From the NCBI GenBank assembly GCA_018398765.1, contig JAHBMJ010000091.1, positions 1 to 57,065 on the forward strand: a DNA stretch of 57,065 nt. Direction: 5' to 3'. The number at the start of each line of letters is the position of its first letter. Position 1 is the stretch's first letter. The notes beneath the pieces were generated by a model. That model had not been told where the DNA came from and did no database searches. It worked only from the letters and a program-made list of their open reading frames with translations. Shown in pieces: positions 11,513 through 23,619 of this stretch. The position numbers and the translations under genes were made by a program. The stretch is from Chromera velia (lineage: Eukaryota).

Positions 11513-12054
11513 ACAATGGTGAACAAAACAAAAGGATTGCTTCATCTATGATTAATTTGGCCGTCGATTTGTAACTTTGAGCGTTTTCATATCAAAGCGT
11601 GCATGGTTTTGTACAATATTGTGCAGATTTAGATTTATTTTTCATCGTATTTTTAATTTTTTTCATAATTAAGAATGTTTCAATCATGTTTATTGCTACG
11701 TATTGCTATGGGATAATAATGCATGCCTAGATGCATGTTAGTATGCATACAGTTACATATATAGTTAGTCAACGCAGTAGTCTAGGCAGTAGTAGTTATG
11801 TTCTAGTTCCTAACTTTCAAATTTGATTAATTACACATGGACCATGACATGGTGAAACAGTATATTTAAGGATTTTCTAGATTTTGTTTGTAAAAATATG
11901 GTATATACAACCATTAAAACGCATTTTCAAGTGTATAATATAACCGCTCCTCGATCTAGTCTTAGTTCTACATTTATTTTTCTATATAGTATATAGCTCT
12001 GTATAGCCTAGTATTTAGTTTTATGAATTGGCCGGAGCCAAATTAAGAGGTTGG

Positions 12055-12412
12055 CTAGGGTTCACACTGTAAAGCTGTAAACAAAAAAAACTTAGCTAAG
12101 ACCACCTTTCTTTTTTTCTTTCTTTTTTTATAACTTTGTTGACTTGATAAAGGAAAATCGAATCTTTATTTTCAAAAAATGCCCCAAAAACCGACGATTT
12201 CCATAATAAAATCTTTATTTCTAAAAAACATTAACGTTTTTGGCTTATAAAGCGTTTAGTAAACAACGTAGTCTTTCTATTTGAATGAGAGAGAGGTCCG
12301 ACCTGATTTACTTTTTTATCCTAATAAAGCTCTATAAATAAAGAAAACTTAGACTAGAACTCAGATAAACTTTCTTTTTTTCTTTTTTAGAACTTTAGAG
12401 TGTGAACCCTGG
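12055..12412. mobile_element. hAT-like MITE
   Basis: Left end CTAGGGTTCACACTGTAAAG; right end reverse-complements to CCAGGGTTCACACTCTAAAG. Imperfect 8-bp TSD GAGGTTGG (12047-12054) / GAGATTGG (12413-12420). AT-rich interior. Confidence 0.7.
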
Positions 12413-12581
12413 GAGATTGGTCCACTGACTCTAGCCACTAACTATAGATCACTGGCTTTAACATACCACGTTATAATTCAATTCAATTCATATACAGAAT
12501 TTGATGAACTGATTTATGACAGAAAGTTTAACGGAGTCTCTAACTGCGAGTAACTCGGCGAAAACTACTAGTTACAGTCAA

Positions 12582-12804
12582 TCACCCAACAAGACCGTAC
12601 ACAACGGTTAAGACCAAATGGCACACTCCGGCAGCAGACCGACAGATGATGAGGGGCTCCGCGACGTTCATCAAGACCACAACGTAGAAGATGCTCAGTC
12701 CGATTGAAGCAAATAAACCGAAAGGGGCCATCAGGAACAGAATCTGCACAGAAATTTCGCATGCATGCACTTCTTGTTGTTCATCTGTCTGCTGATCAGT
12801 CCAG

Positions 12805-12864
<60 letters not shown>

Positions 12865-12992
12865 CGTGTGTGAGTGTGTGTGCGTATGTGTATGTGTATG
12901 TGTATGTGTATGTGTGTGTGTGTGTGTGTGTGTTTCTCTTGTACCCACCAGAGTGTGCGATGTACCACAAGTGTGTTGCCCAGGGGTGCGCC

Positions 12993-13043
<51 letters not shown>

Positions 13044-13374
13044 GACAGACAACACAGAGAACAGACAAATAAGGACAGATGAAAAACGAGAATAGCTAGA
13101 CAGATAAAACGACAGAGGGACAGACACAGAGATCCAGTGGTTCGAGAGACATCAAGACTCGCAGAAACCCAAGACACGAGGAGGGAGAGAATTCAGGAGA
13201 AGGGCGGGGAGGGAGGGAGGGAGGGAGCGTCCATCTAGACAGTCGACAGAGCAGCAAGAATGAAGTTTGGGTGCTCGTGTGGAGAATGGAACACACAGAC
13301 AGATTGTGTCTTCCTTTCCTTTCCCCTCCTTCTTTTCATGGACACAGGACAGATAGACAGACAGACAGACAGAC

Positions 13375-13415
<41 letters not shown>

Positions 13416-13615
13416 TTCCCTTTTTCACGTGTTTCCGGACACACAGACAGACAGAATGACTGGCAGACTGACGCACAGACAGACTGCATCGTCTTTTCTT
13501 TTCCTTGTTCTCTTTCTTAATTCTCTTCTGTTTTTTTCTTTCTTAGACTAACAGACAGATAGACAGATAGACTGACAGACAGATAGAGATAGATAGACGT
13601 ACGCGCGCGCGCAAC

Positions 13616-13650
<35 letters not shown>

Positions 13651-14070
13651 AGCGAAGAAATACACATATGCATGTCAACGTACAGAGACAAATGACGATT
13701 GAGGTATAAATAAAGAGGAAGGAAGGAGCGGAGGGAGAGAGGTCTCGTCTGAGAGACGTAATATGCCGTCTACGCCGCAATGAACAGAGGTACACATGCA
13801 GCCTTCTCGTTCTTCCTGTCTTCACAAAGACAACTTCAAACTGACCGCCCAACCCGCCTGCTTCCACGCCAAGCTCTCCAAGACAAAAGCATTAAGGAAC
13901 GGTGGCGCAAGAGCGCCTATCAAGGGATGGCACATGCCGTAAATGGCCCAGGCAAGGCCGGTGGGGGGGAGGCTGAAGCAAGGTAAAAAGAGGGCGCCCT
14001 GCAGCAAGGCGTCTGCCATGAAGATGACCCATCTGGGAGGCCCCTCTCCTCTCCGCTGGCCCTCTGACAT
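12582..14070 (-). CDS. Putative multi-exon membrane protein of unknown function (model uncertain, possibly disrupted by TGA at 13822-13824)
   Basis: Hydrophobic coding-like segments (RWVIFMADALLQGALFLPCF...; AHPWATHLWYIAHS; ILFLMAPFGLFASIGLSIFYVVVLMNVAEPLIICRSAAGVCHLVLTVVYGLVG*) are separated by microsatellite introns with plausible AG/GT junctions. Confidence 0.35.
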
Positions 14071-14424
14071 TCTTTGTCTTCTTCAGTGAAGGCAACCGGT
14101 CGATCAGTCGATCGATTGGTTGCGAAGTGAGTGAGAGATCACGTTAGTAATCCCAATATAAATCAAATGGAGACGAGACGGGAGGAGACGGCACTTTTCC
14201 TTGAAAGCTGTCAGGGTGAAGAGGACCCTTTCAAGGTTACGAATCTAAGCTGCTCGACAGTTCGTCATCTTAGACGGTCGTTGGGGCAAAGCTAGCTTGT
14301 TGAGTTCTTCGCGAATGACGACTCCTCGTTCTTCTGTGCAGTGCCACGAGGTGAAATACTGCAATCAATTGTTTCCAGTGCAGCCCTTTTCATAAGTCCG
14401 TCGCGCAAAGCGAGCGACGGAGAC

Positions 14425-14436
14425 TGCATGCATGCA
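14425..14436. promoter_or_regulatory. TGCATGCA (ApiAP2-type) motif in a divergent promoter; similar clusters at 4811-4825, 23271-23279, 34304-34314, 42524-42530, 46531-46542
   Basis: The palindromic TGCATGCA/GCATGC motif is seen in six of the seven head-to-head intergenic regions. TGCATGCA is an established ApiAP2-bound motif in apicomplexans. It also occurs outside promoters, so function is inferred. Confidence 0.5.
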
Positions 14437-14812
14437 TTTTTTTTTTTTTGCATGCATGTCGACCGAGAAAAAAAAAAAAGAATATCAATTCGATCAGAAT
14501 TTAATTGCTGCATGCGTCGTCGGATCATCAATCATTTGCAGTACGTGACAAGTGATCGAAACGCAATAGTCGGCACGCGTTCAGCAAAATTCAACATACT
14601 GCTCTCAAGCTTGCAGAGAGTATGACCAAGCGACACTGCTTCTGAAAGACTGCCCTCATTGAAGTGCTTGACCATCCCAAGAAGACTGCAGCTCCATTTG
14701 GAAGGAGAGACGGAGACGGACATTTGAAATCTGAACCACCAGAACTATCCTCTGCACAGCTTCCGTTTCCTCATCAAGTGAAGCTCACCCTTCTAGAATC
14801 CTTTCGCTGACA

Positions 14813-15448
14813 ATGAAGATTGCCATTTGCGCTTCCGTCCTTGCCCTCCTGGCAGACGGTTTGAATCTGAAAAGGGGGAAGGGAGATCCAATCAAGTTGA
14901 CACCAAAACTCGCCCCCCCTTTGTCTATGGACAGTGCGATGGGGTTCTTGGAGGAACAGAAAGAATTCGATCAAGTCAAGCAGAGGTTGGAACTAGAGGA
15001 GACGGAAGAATTCAACATGCGCCAGGTTCGGGCCTACATTCTCAAATTCACCAACGAATTCCGTGCCAGCGAGAGCTCACTGCCCCCACTAAAAGACGCA
15101 CCTGATATTGACCCTCTCGCACAGGGTCACGCCAACGACGAGGCAGCGAAGCAGCAATGCTCCCATGACAACGTTGACGCTCGGTTTGACACAATGATAA
15201 AGAAGCTTAGGTGCATGGGTGTTGCCGAAAACGTGGCGATGAACCCGACGATGAAGGACAACATCGTTGGAAACCCTGACAGATCAGATGAGGAAATGGC
15301 ACGACAGATTGTGGACGGGTGGATTGCAAGTCCCGGACACAGAAAGAATCTCTTGGGAAACTACAAATATCTTGGGATCGGCACTTCCAAATCGGGCCCC
15401 GCAGGCAGTTCTTACATCTACAGCGTGCAGCTTTTTTGCAAAAAGTGA
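14813..15448 (+). CDS. Secreted CAP/SCP (PR-1-like) domain protein, intronless
   Basis: Signal peptide MKIAICASVLALLADG. CAP motifs ILKFTNEFRA...LPPL, AQGHANDEA...CSHD, VAENVA and IVDGWIASPGHRKNLLGNYKYLGIG...YSVQLF. Confidence 0.9.
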   Translation: MKIAICASVLALLADGLNLKRGKGDPIKLTPKLAPPLSMDSAMGFLEEQKEFDQVKQRLELEETEEFNMRQVRAYILKFTNEFRASESSLPPLKDAPDIDPLAQGHANDEAAKQQCSHDNVDARFDTMIKKLRCMGVAENVAMNPTMKDNIVGNPDRSDEEMARQIVDGWIASPGHRKNLLGNYKYLGIGTSKSGPAGSSYIYSVQLFCKK

Positions 15449-15826
15449 TTTAGAAGGCACTGCATGCCTCTCACATTGTGGAGCCCGACCCCGCCTTCAA
15501 GTTTCCGTCACAGATCTAGGCGCCGCTGTAAGTGGTCAGATTTCAGAAAGGACGGCATTGAGCTTAAGAAAAGAAGTAGAAAGAAAGTTTCAAGTAAAAA
15601 TGAGCACATGGAGCCTCAACAGTTGAAGACACAAACGACTGGGCGATCACGAGCAGAACATACTGGGGGACACACAAAAAGTTGCGCAACCCCCCCGCTC
15701 CCCCCCCGACATCTTGAGTGATCGACTCAAAGTTTTCATTGACAGCCGATGGGTCCATAAAGCCAAATGGTTTGAGATATCCAGATCAAGATACTGTCGC
15801 GATCGCATCAAAGCTACACACTGGCA

Positions 15827-16148
15827 GGGGTACGTCGGCGGCCGGCCACACGCACGGCTTCCTTGCAAGCAGCGTCCAAGTTTAGGATTGGCCTGCTCCT
15901 GTGTACAAACGCACAATTTCTCTCTAGATTTCTCTTTACATAACGATAATAAATGAACGATTCAAAACCTATAGAACAAAAATTCAAGGGGTACGTCGGC
16001 GGCCGGCCACACGCACGGCTTCCTTGCAAGCAGCGTCCAAGTTTAGGATTGGCCTGCTCCTGTGTACAAACGCACAATTTCTCTCTAGATTTCTCTTTAC
16101 ATAACGATAATAAATGAACGATTCAAAACCTATAGAACAAAAATTCAA
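15827..16148. repeat. Exact 161-bp tandem duplication
   Basis: 15827-15987 and 15988-16148 read identical (GGGGTACGTCGGCGGCC...GAACAAAAATTCAA). Confidence 0.9.
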
Positions 16149-17435
16149 AAAAAGATCTCAAACGATTTAACTAGCAATTTAAACTACATTCATAATGAGT
16201 GTTATATATTCACGTCAGTATACGGCAAGATAGAATGTTGTGCTAGATTTCCTGCTGCTAGGTAGCCTATAATAATATGATAATATAAATTTTTCATGCA
16301 TAATAATGTTGAGAATGACAGAGGCCGGTCACAGGGCACGCGGGGCGCGCCTAGAGGCACAAAGTCCCTAGCCTGCAGCGGTTTGCGCGTGCCTTTCCAC
16401 CTCGGTCAAAGGCTTTTGCGCCTGCATACCACCCTGCGCCTAGCTTTGCATGCCTTACCATTCTTAAATGCTGTAACATCATTGCTGTTCATTATTTAGC
16501 TAGATTATCTAGTAGATGCAATAATGCATGCAAAGTGGTACAAATTAAGTGGTAGTACTAGTAAGTAGTGTTACTATAGGTTATATAAGATCTGACATAA
16601 TACAGCTACTCGTAGTCCTACTGTATGGTGTAATCCTAGTGGTAACATACTTAAAATACTTAACAACTTTGAAAATCAAGCCTAAAATTCAGCTAATCAT
16701 ACATTTTAATTCAGTCAATATTTTATGTATCTAGTTATGTATTCACTTTTTAAATCAATCAATTAGAATTAGTTTTGGAATGAATTAATCAAATTTTTGA
16801 ATCAATTAGTTAATAATTGATCAAGTAATTAATCAATTAATCAATAAACTAGTCAATAAATCAATCATTATGCACTATGCATTGTCAAGCCTAGAATTAA
16901 GGGTACAGAGCTATAGATACATACACTAAGACTAGTAGCACTAAGAAAAAAAAATTTAATTATCCATATTTTTTTTTTTAATAAAGGGCTGCGGAAAACA
17001 TGTATACATTCAAAAAATAAGCTTCAAAATTAAAAACTAAGTTCTGTTGTACCGAAGTTGAACTTGCATGAGGCGCACAGTTGTGATTTCTGCTTTCAGT
17101 CAAACAGGATTTTACCTAGAGATTTTACCCAGCCGGCCCCTTTGCATGGTTTTTGCTCTATTGATGTTCAAATTTAAAGTGCATGATGCACGCCGCTGTC
17201 CCTGAAGTTTTACTAGTTCGTTATACCGCCCTGAGCTTGTCTCATCATATAAGCACAGCACATGTGCTCTCTGAGTAGCGGATGGGCAGAAAGAGGTTGA
17301 AGAATCTTCCTTTGCCCAGAAGCAACAATCCAAGGCAGTTGTAGAAAACAACCTCAACGTTCTCTGTCTCTCTGTCTCTCTCTCTCTCTCTCTCTACACA
17401 CATATACATACACACACACATACACACACACATAC

Positions 17436-17467
<32 letters not shown>

Positions 17468-18485
17468 GGGGGGGGGGAGGAAGGGGGGAGAGGCAGAGTT
17501 ATTACATGGAAAGCAGGAACACGAACAAACTTAATTAAGGGAAAAAGAACCTTCAAGGGGAGGGAGGTCGGAAACTTCTACCGGAGCTGACTGACATCTG
17601 TACGAGAAACTGTATGCAAAGTAGACCTCGAGTCATCTGATTCAAAGAAAAAGGGAGAAAACAGCTTAGACAAGCACGGGGCGATAATGAGCATGCAAAC
17701 ATGTAAGAAAGATGAGCGCACGAGCGCTGCTTAAGATCGATCAAGTAGATGCAATTCCTTTCTTCGCTCACTTAGAATTGCTCAGAATTTACTCACCGCT
17801 TCTTCTAATTGGGGAGGAACTCAATGTCCGCCTCTGTAGGCTCTCCGTACGTGTGTACGAGCAAGTAGAACTGATCATAGCCCTGTTTGCAAGAGGGGGA
17901 AGGGGATGGGCAGGGGATTCCAAATTTAATGCGCATCAAAGCCATGTATGACTATGACTGGGACTTTAAGAGTTCCCAAAAATTTAAAAACTGCTAGTAG
18001 GGTTTAGCACGTACCCAAAATAACCCAAAAAATAAGTTTTAGAAATAAGTGGGCGGCACTGGGAGCTCCAAAATTTTTATTCTCACATAATTTGTTCCCT
18101 AAAAAGAAAAAGTTACTTATTTTTAGTAGACAATCTATACAAAACTTCAACCAGCTATAGGCTTTCCATGTATGCATGCCTTCCCACGACCGTGCCGTAT
18201 CCGTTAGGAGCAGCTGATAATCACTCCATCTATCTGAGTGCCGCCGCTGCCGCTGCCCCTTCCTCGACACTCACTCTTCACACCTCTCCCATGGTGCCCT
18301 GCAGGCACCCGCTGGCTGTTCTGTGGTGCGCTGCCTGCATTCTTATTTTTTTCAGTAGTTAACGTAAGTTAAGTAACCTTTTCTTTTTAGTATGCAAGCT
18401 AGTATGCAAGCTAGACATACTTGAATCGATAAGTAACTTTAATAAGAATAGTATTCAACTCAACGGCTATCAACGGCTTTAGTAC

Positions 18486-18762
18486 GTCTATAGCTTGCAT
18501 ATAAAATTTCAAGTTCTTACTATTTCTTACTTTTTATATATTTTTTTCATTGTAGGAATGCTTAATTTTAAAAATTGAACGTTGACGTTAAAAATTTGGG
18601 AGTCCTAATTTTTAACGTCAATTCAACTTTGAATTTATTAAAGCATTTTTAAAGATAACTTCCTATCATCAGTATAAAATTTAGAACAACTTCAGTACTG
18701 TGCACACGTTAAATCTTGCATAATTTAAATTAAAAACTTAAATCATATATACAAGCTATAGT
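18486..18762. repeat. Degenerate foldback / long inverted repeat (MITE-like)
   Basis: Perfect 15-bp stem TTGACGTTAAAAATT (18582-18596) / AATTTTTAACGTCAA (18607-18621). Outer arms CTATAGCTTGCATATA (~18488) / TATATACAAGCTATAG (~18746). Confidence 0.6.
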
Positions 18763-18961
18763 CATATAAATTAAACACGAAAAACAGTTTTAAAAACTAT
18801 AAAATTTTAATATTATTTTATTCTAATTAATTGATTTAAGTTTCAAAATTCAAATTCTAAGCCATTTCCAAAAACAAGCGTCCTAATTTAATTCAATTAA
18901 AAATTGAAATTTAATAGTGGAGAATCACTGGCGATCGCCTTGGGGGGCCGCTCAGCTTTGG

Positions 18962-19529
18962 CTATTCCGGTGAGAGGGCCACACAAGCACGGACAGGGAC
19001 TGCGGAAAGCCTGGTTGGGGTGAGATAGATAATTTGGTTTGAAGCAAGTTCAAGCAACTGACCACAGAGTGCGTCACAGTGATTGCTTGTGAAGAACAGG
19101 CGGATGTGTGAATTTGCGTCACGGTCTCCTCGAGGAATAGTTGCGCCCTGAGAGTTGCGTGGCTGGTCACGGTATTGCCGCCACTGGCTTGTGGAGTGCA
19201 CCCAAACAGAGATCTCTGCTGGGCATCTGTTGGCAAGTGCCGCGACTTTTTCTTCCCCCCCCCGAAACCCCCTGGTGCACAACGCCAAATGAGTATTCCT
19301 CCACAGACTTCCCAGCGAAGGTCCTGTCGTGATCTCGCGTGGTCTGTCTGGGATCGTTTTCATTGAGGAAGCTCTCATAGAGCGGACTGTGATGCAGTTG
19401 TACTCCCACTTGGAGTCGCAATTCCTGGGGGGTAGTTGATACGCTGCTGTCCTTCTGAGGGCAACAGACATGGCGTTGAAGAGGCAGGAGGCATCTCTCC
19501 AGACCCGAATGAGCTCAAGGCCTGAAGGA
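18962..19529 (-). pseudogene. OTU-family cysteine protease domain, apparently frameshifted; last exon of a decayed multi-exon gene that may extend to ~23140
   Basis: GLELIRVWRDASCLFNAMSVAL (Cys box), GGEEKVAALAN...ISVW and HIRLFFTSNHCDAL (His box) lie in one frame. The expected middle part (ELRLQVG...YESFL...GKSVEEY) is in another frame, between homopolymer runs at 19427-19432 and 19255-19272. Confidence 0.6.
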
Positions 19530-20154
19530 CTGCACAATGGATAAACAAACAGAAGATGCACACAAATCGTTTGCAAATCAGTGCGGTAGACTGCTGGGCG
19601 GCAGCTTGAAAAAGGAGCAAAAGTCATACAAAGAGAGCACAACATGCACCTGGAGAGGCTCATTCTCTCGAGCGCTGTGTGTATGCATAGAAGAAGAAAC
19701 AGAAACAGACCGTACAGGAAGAGGTGCATGATCGATCCAAAGGCTACGGTAGCTGATCGAATGAAAACGAACCGCAGTATTGACAGGGACAACTTGAAGG
19801 AGAAGATAACAACAAGGCTCAGTGTGTGCGCACACAACGGAAGAGTACCTGTTTGTGTTGGTGTACTCACGGACTGACATTGTGATCATTGGCACAGGGG
19901 GTGATGCCTTCTCGTAGTATGTTGTATTCCGTCTGCGCTGGGACTCTTGCGATCTGCATGTGTGCATGCACGGAAGGAGAAATGATTATTTCTTGATTTT
20001 GGGTAACTATGCTGTTGCTGATAAGAAACGCAAACGAGTTCATGACGCTTCATGAACACACTGAGAAATAGAAACTGCAACTTTGCAATAGAGCTTTGAC
20101 GTACCGCGGGCCTCGGAACGTTTCCTGGTGGTTTGAGCAGCTGCAAACGTTTGA

Positions 20155-20505
20155 TGACTGACTGACCGACTGACTGACTGACTGACTGACTGACTGACTG
20201 ACCGACCGACTGACTGACTGACTGACTGACCGACTGACTGACCGACCGACTGACTGACGGACTGACTGACTGACGGACTGACTGACTGACTGACTCACGG
20301 ACTGACTGACTGACTGACTGACTGACTGACTGACTGACTGACTGACTGACCGACCGACTGACTGACTGACTGAATGACTGACTGACGGACGGACTGACTG
20401 ACTGACTGACTGACCGACTGACTGACTGACTCACGGACTGACTGACTGACTGACTGACTGACTGACTGACTGACTGACTGACTAGAACTGAACTGAACTG
20501 AACTG
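20155..20505. repeat. (GACT)n / (CAGT)n tetranucleotide array followed by (GAACT)n
   Basis: Directly visible. Confidence 0.95.
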
Positions 20506-21846
20506 AAATGCATAAATGAGTGAAAAACTAGACAAATAAAATGGAATTATAAACAAATAAAATGGATGAAGAGATGAGTGGATGAAGCAATGAAAGAATG
20601 AGTTGGAGTCTGACTCGGAGAGAGTGAGTGAGTGAGTGCCTGACTCAGACTTAGTGAGTGAGTGAGTGAGTGAGTAAGAGAGTGAGTGTGTGAGTGAAAG
20701 AGTGACTGAGTGAGTGAGTAGGTGACTGATTGACTGACTGACTAAGTGACTGACTAAGTAAATGAGTGAATGAGTGGTCAAAACGTGACATTTTGTGCGG
20801 ATTGAATAAAAGAAGGAACGGTTACGAACAAGAAAGGCCAAAAGATGGATAAAGCAATATGCATGGAAAAATGCACAACGGACACCAGTGGTCAGTGACT
20901 GGGTATGGCCGATAATGTGGGGTGAAGGAATGCATGTAGACCTCAAACGAGTCAGTGTGAATGAACGAATGAATGAATGAATGAATGAATGAATGAATAA
21001 ATGCATAAATGAAAGAGGATGCATAAGTAAACGGATGAACAATCAGGACCAAATCCAGAAAGCCGGCTGGTACAGTTCTGCTTGAAAGAGACCAAGCAAA
21101 GCAAAAGTGCCCAATAGGAAGTTTGTAGGAATGAGAATCATGCTATTCGCTCCACGGCATAGATAGTGTTCGCCCTGTGTGTGTAGGCAAGCAGCACCAT
21201 AGAAACATAGTCGTTTTTGTCGCACAACGAGCTGCATCTGAATCCTCCTGATCCCTTTCATTCGTTCTCATTTTCTCGGTCCTTTTGTCATCGATCAAGG
21301 AATTGTTTGTCGCGAACCAGTCATCTATCCGTCCCTAGATCCGCTTTTTTCTTCAATACATTTCAATGGTCTCAGAGCGCGCCTTTGCGATTTTTTGAGC
21401 GTCTGCTCCTCCTCCTCCTCCTCCTGCTGCTACGGCTGCTGCAAGAATCGGCAGTAGAGAAGAAAAAGAAACCAGACGCAAGCAAAGCAGGTATACCGTC
21501 CAGCCAGCCAGCATACCGTTTGGCACGTCAGACCACAACACTCAGTCGCTTTGAACGCACTGCTTTGCACAGCCGTTCAATGTACCAGCCATCGAGCACA
21601 TCGTCAGCTTTTCGCTCAGGTGTCCCACGGCATTCATACATCAACCCACCGACCCACCCGCCCACCCACCCACCCAGCGTGAAAACTGTCCATCCGTCCA
21701 AAAAACTACGTGCGAAACTTGGATGAACCCACCGTTTTCGACTCGGACCTTCTCCCTCTTTCTTCTCTCGACCTCCGCGTATTCCTTGGGACTCAGCACA
21801 ATCTGCATACAAGCTAGATGGGGGACTGTACAAATGAAAATCACGC

Positions 21847-21849
<3 letters not shown>

Positions 21850-21888
<39 letters not shown>

Positions 21889-22052
21889 TCTCTTCTTCTC
21901 TTCTTCTCTTCTTCTCTTCTTCTCTTCTTCTCTTCTTCTCTTCCTCTCTTCCTCTCTTCCTCTCTCTCTTCTCTCTTTTTTTTTCATTCTCTCTCTCTCC
22001 GTCTCTCTCTCCCTCACTCCTCTCGTTTTCTCTCGCCCTCTCTGTCTTCCTC

Positions 22053-22104
<52 letters not shown>

Positions 22105-22152
22105 TCGTTCGTTCGTTCGTTCGTTCTTTTTTTCTTTCTTTCTTTCTTTCTT

Positions 22153-22208
<56 letters not shown>

Positions 22209-22210
22209 GC
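21850..22210. repeat. Compound (CT)n/(CTT)n/(TTTC)n/(CA)n microsatellite
   Basis: Directly visible. Confidence 0.9.
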
Positions 22211-23619
22211 GTACGTTTGCATAGGGCCAGGAACGCATACGTACAAGCACGGGAGGCAAAGATTGCGGACGAGAAAGGGGGCGAGGAGGCACACCCATAC
22301 AGAGACCCACAATGGAAAGCGGCCGGGTTTGCAGCATGGATGCTCCTCGCATACAGTCGATCAGCATGAAAACACACACGTGTTGCAGTGTTGAAGGAAT
22401 GCGTTTCCTCGCACCAGTCGCCGCACCCACTCGGAACTTCTTGGGTCGTGCACAGACACAGCACCAAAAATAAAGGTATTGTACCAACCGCAATGCGAAG
22501 ATCTGCCTGCTGTCCCTTCTGGGTGTCTTCGGCCCCTTCCGTCCTGCAACACCAAGCAGGCAGGCAGGATGAGAACTGTTGCATGCCATTCAGACTACAA
22601 ATTATGAGGCTCATGGCTCAGCGGAAGGGCAATCAATATTCACAGCATACCGTTGGGTGGAGGGGGGCTGCTGTCGCTCGAAATATCCTGACGTGAGGTG
22701 CTTCACGCTGTTGATCACGTCTTCTGGCCGCATCGGGTAGACTGTCTGGGTCTCTCTATGTATCTTTCCTTTTGCTTTTCTAAACGATAACAAAGACAGC
22801 TGCGCACAAAGTAAGAGCTGCTGATCAATCACTGCTCTTTATTGAATGCACTGAAGCTAAAAACTTGAAAGCGTCTCAAAGCACTCTGGTCATCGAACAG
22901 CGATCCGACAACAGGTCAACAAAAGTCCTTTCAAGGTTTCCGCAACAGTTGTTTCACTTTCATGACAGTCAGAGACGACTTTGTCTTGTCGATTCATCAC
23001 AAACGAAGTACCACGCCTTAACACCCATCGACTGTATATATATTGAAGCACGACAGCTTCTCTGAAGCGCCTTCAGACTAAGGCTTTAGTAGAGCTTGTA
23101 CGGCTTCTGGGGCTTCCAATCATGCATGGTGACGGTGCCATTTTTATGGTCCGATGATCGCGAATCACTCCAACAGATCGACTGAGCTCAACGCGCGGTG
23201 ACCGCGCGGCGCGGGGTCGAAAGCGCGCACAGTTAAATTTGGGCCGGGTCCGCGCCCGGGCCGCCGCGGCCATGCATGCTTTGTTGATCGACGCGTCTTT
23301 AAATTGCATGACACTGCATGACACGTCTGTGACTTTTGCTATTAATAGCTCGATCTGGCTTGAGTGTCTTCCATATGCATATATATTGTGCTCAGAAAGG
23401 CAGTTACGCAGGACCTCATCTGTTCCTCCCCCCTAACGAAGTTGGCAGGGAGTTCGAGACAAGTCCTAGCAGATTTCAAATTTGAGACCCGTCTACACGA
23501 CTGCATTTCTATCCTTTAGATACAGACGTGCCCATCCTCATCTGTTGTGGAGCCGAGAAGTACAGAGCTGGTGCTCCACAAGCCTCGGCCCCACATTCTC
23601 TGTTATATCCGCAAGTAAA

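Noticed and set aside
15827..16148. CRISPR-like repeat array
   Set aside because: Only two adjacent long units with no spacers; eukaryotic context and no cas genes.
17100..18295. Minus-strand exon-like fragments with many stops (MGEV*RVSVEEGAAAAAALR*..., ENVEVVFYNCLG...)
   Set aside because: May be a decayed gene, but there is no recognisable domain and the stop density is close to that of non-coding DNA.
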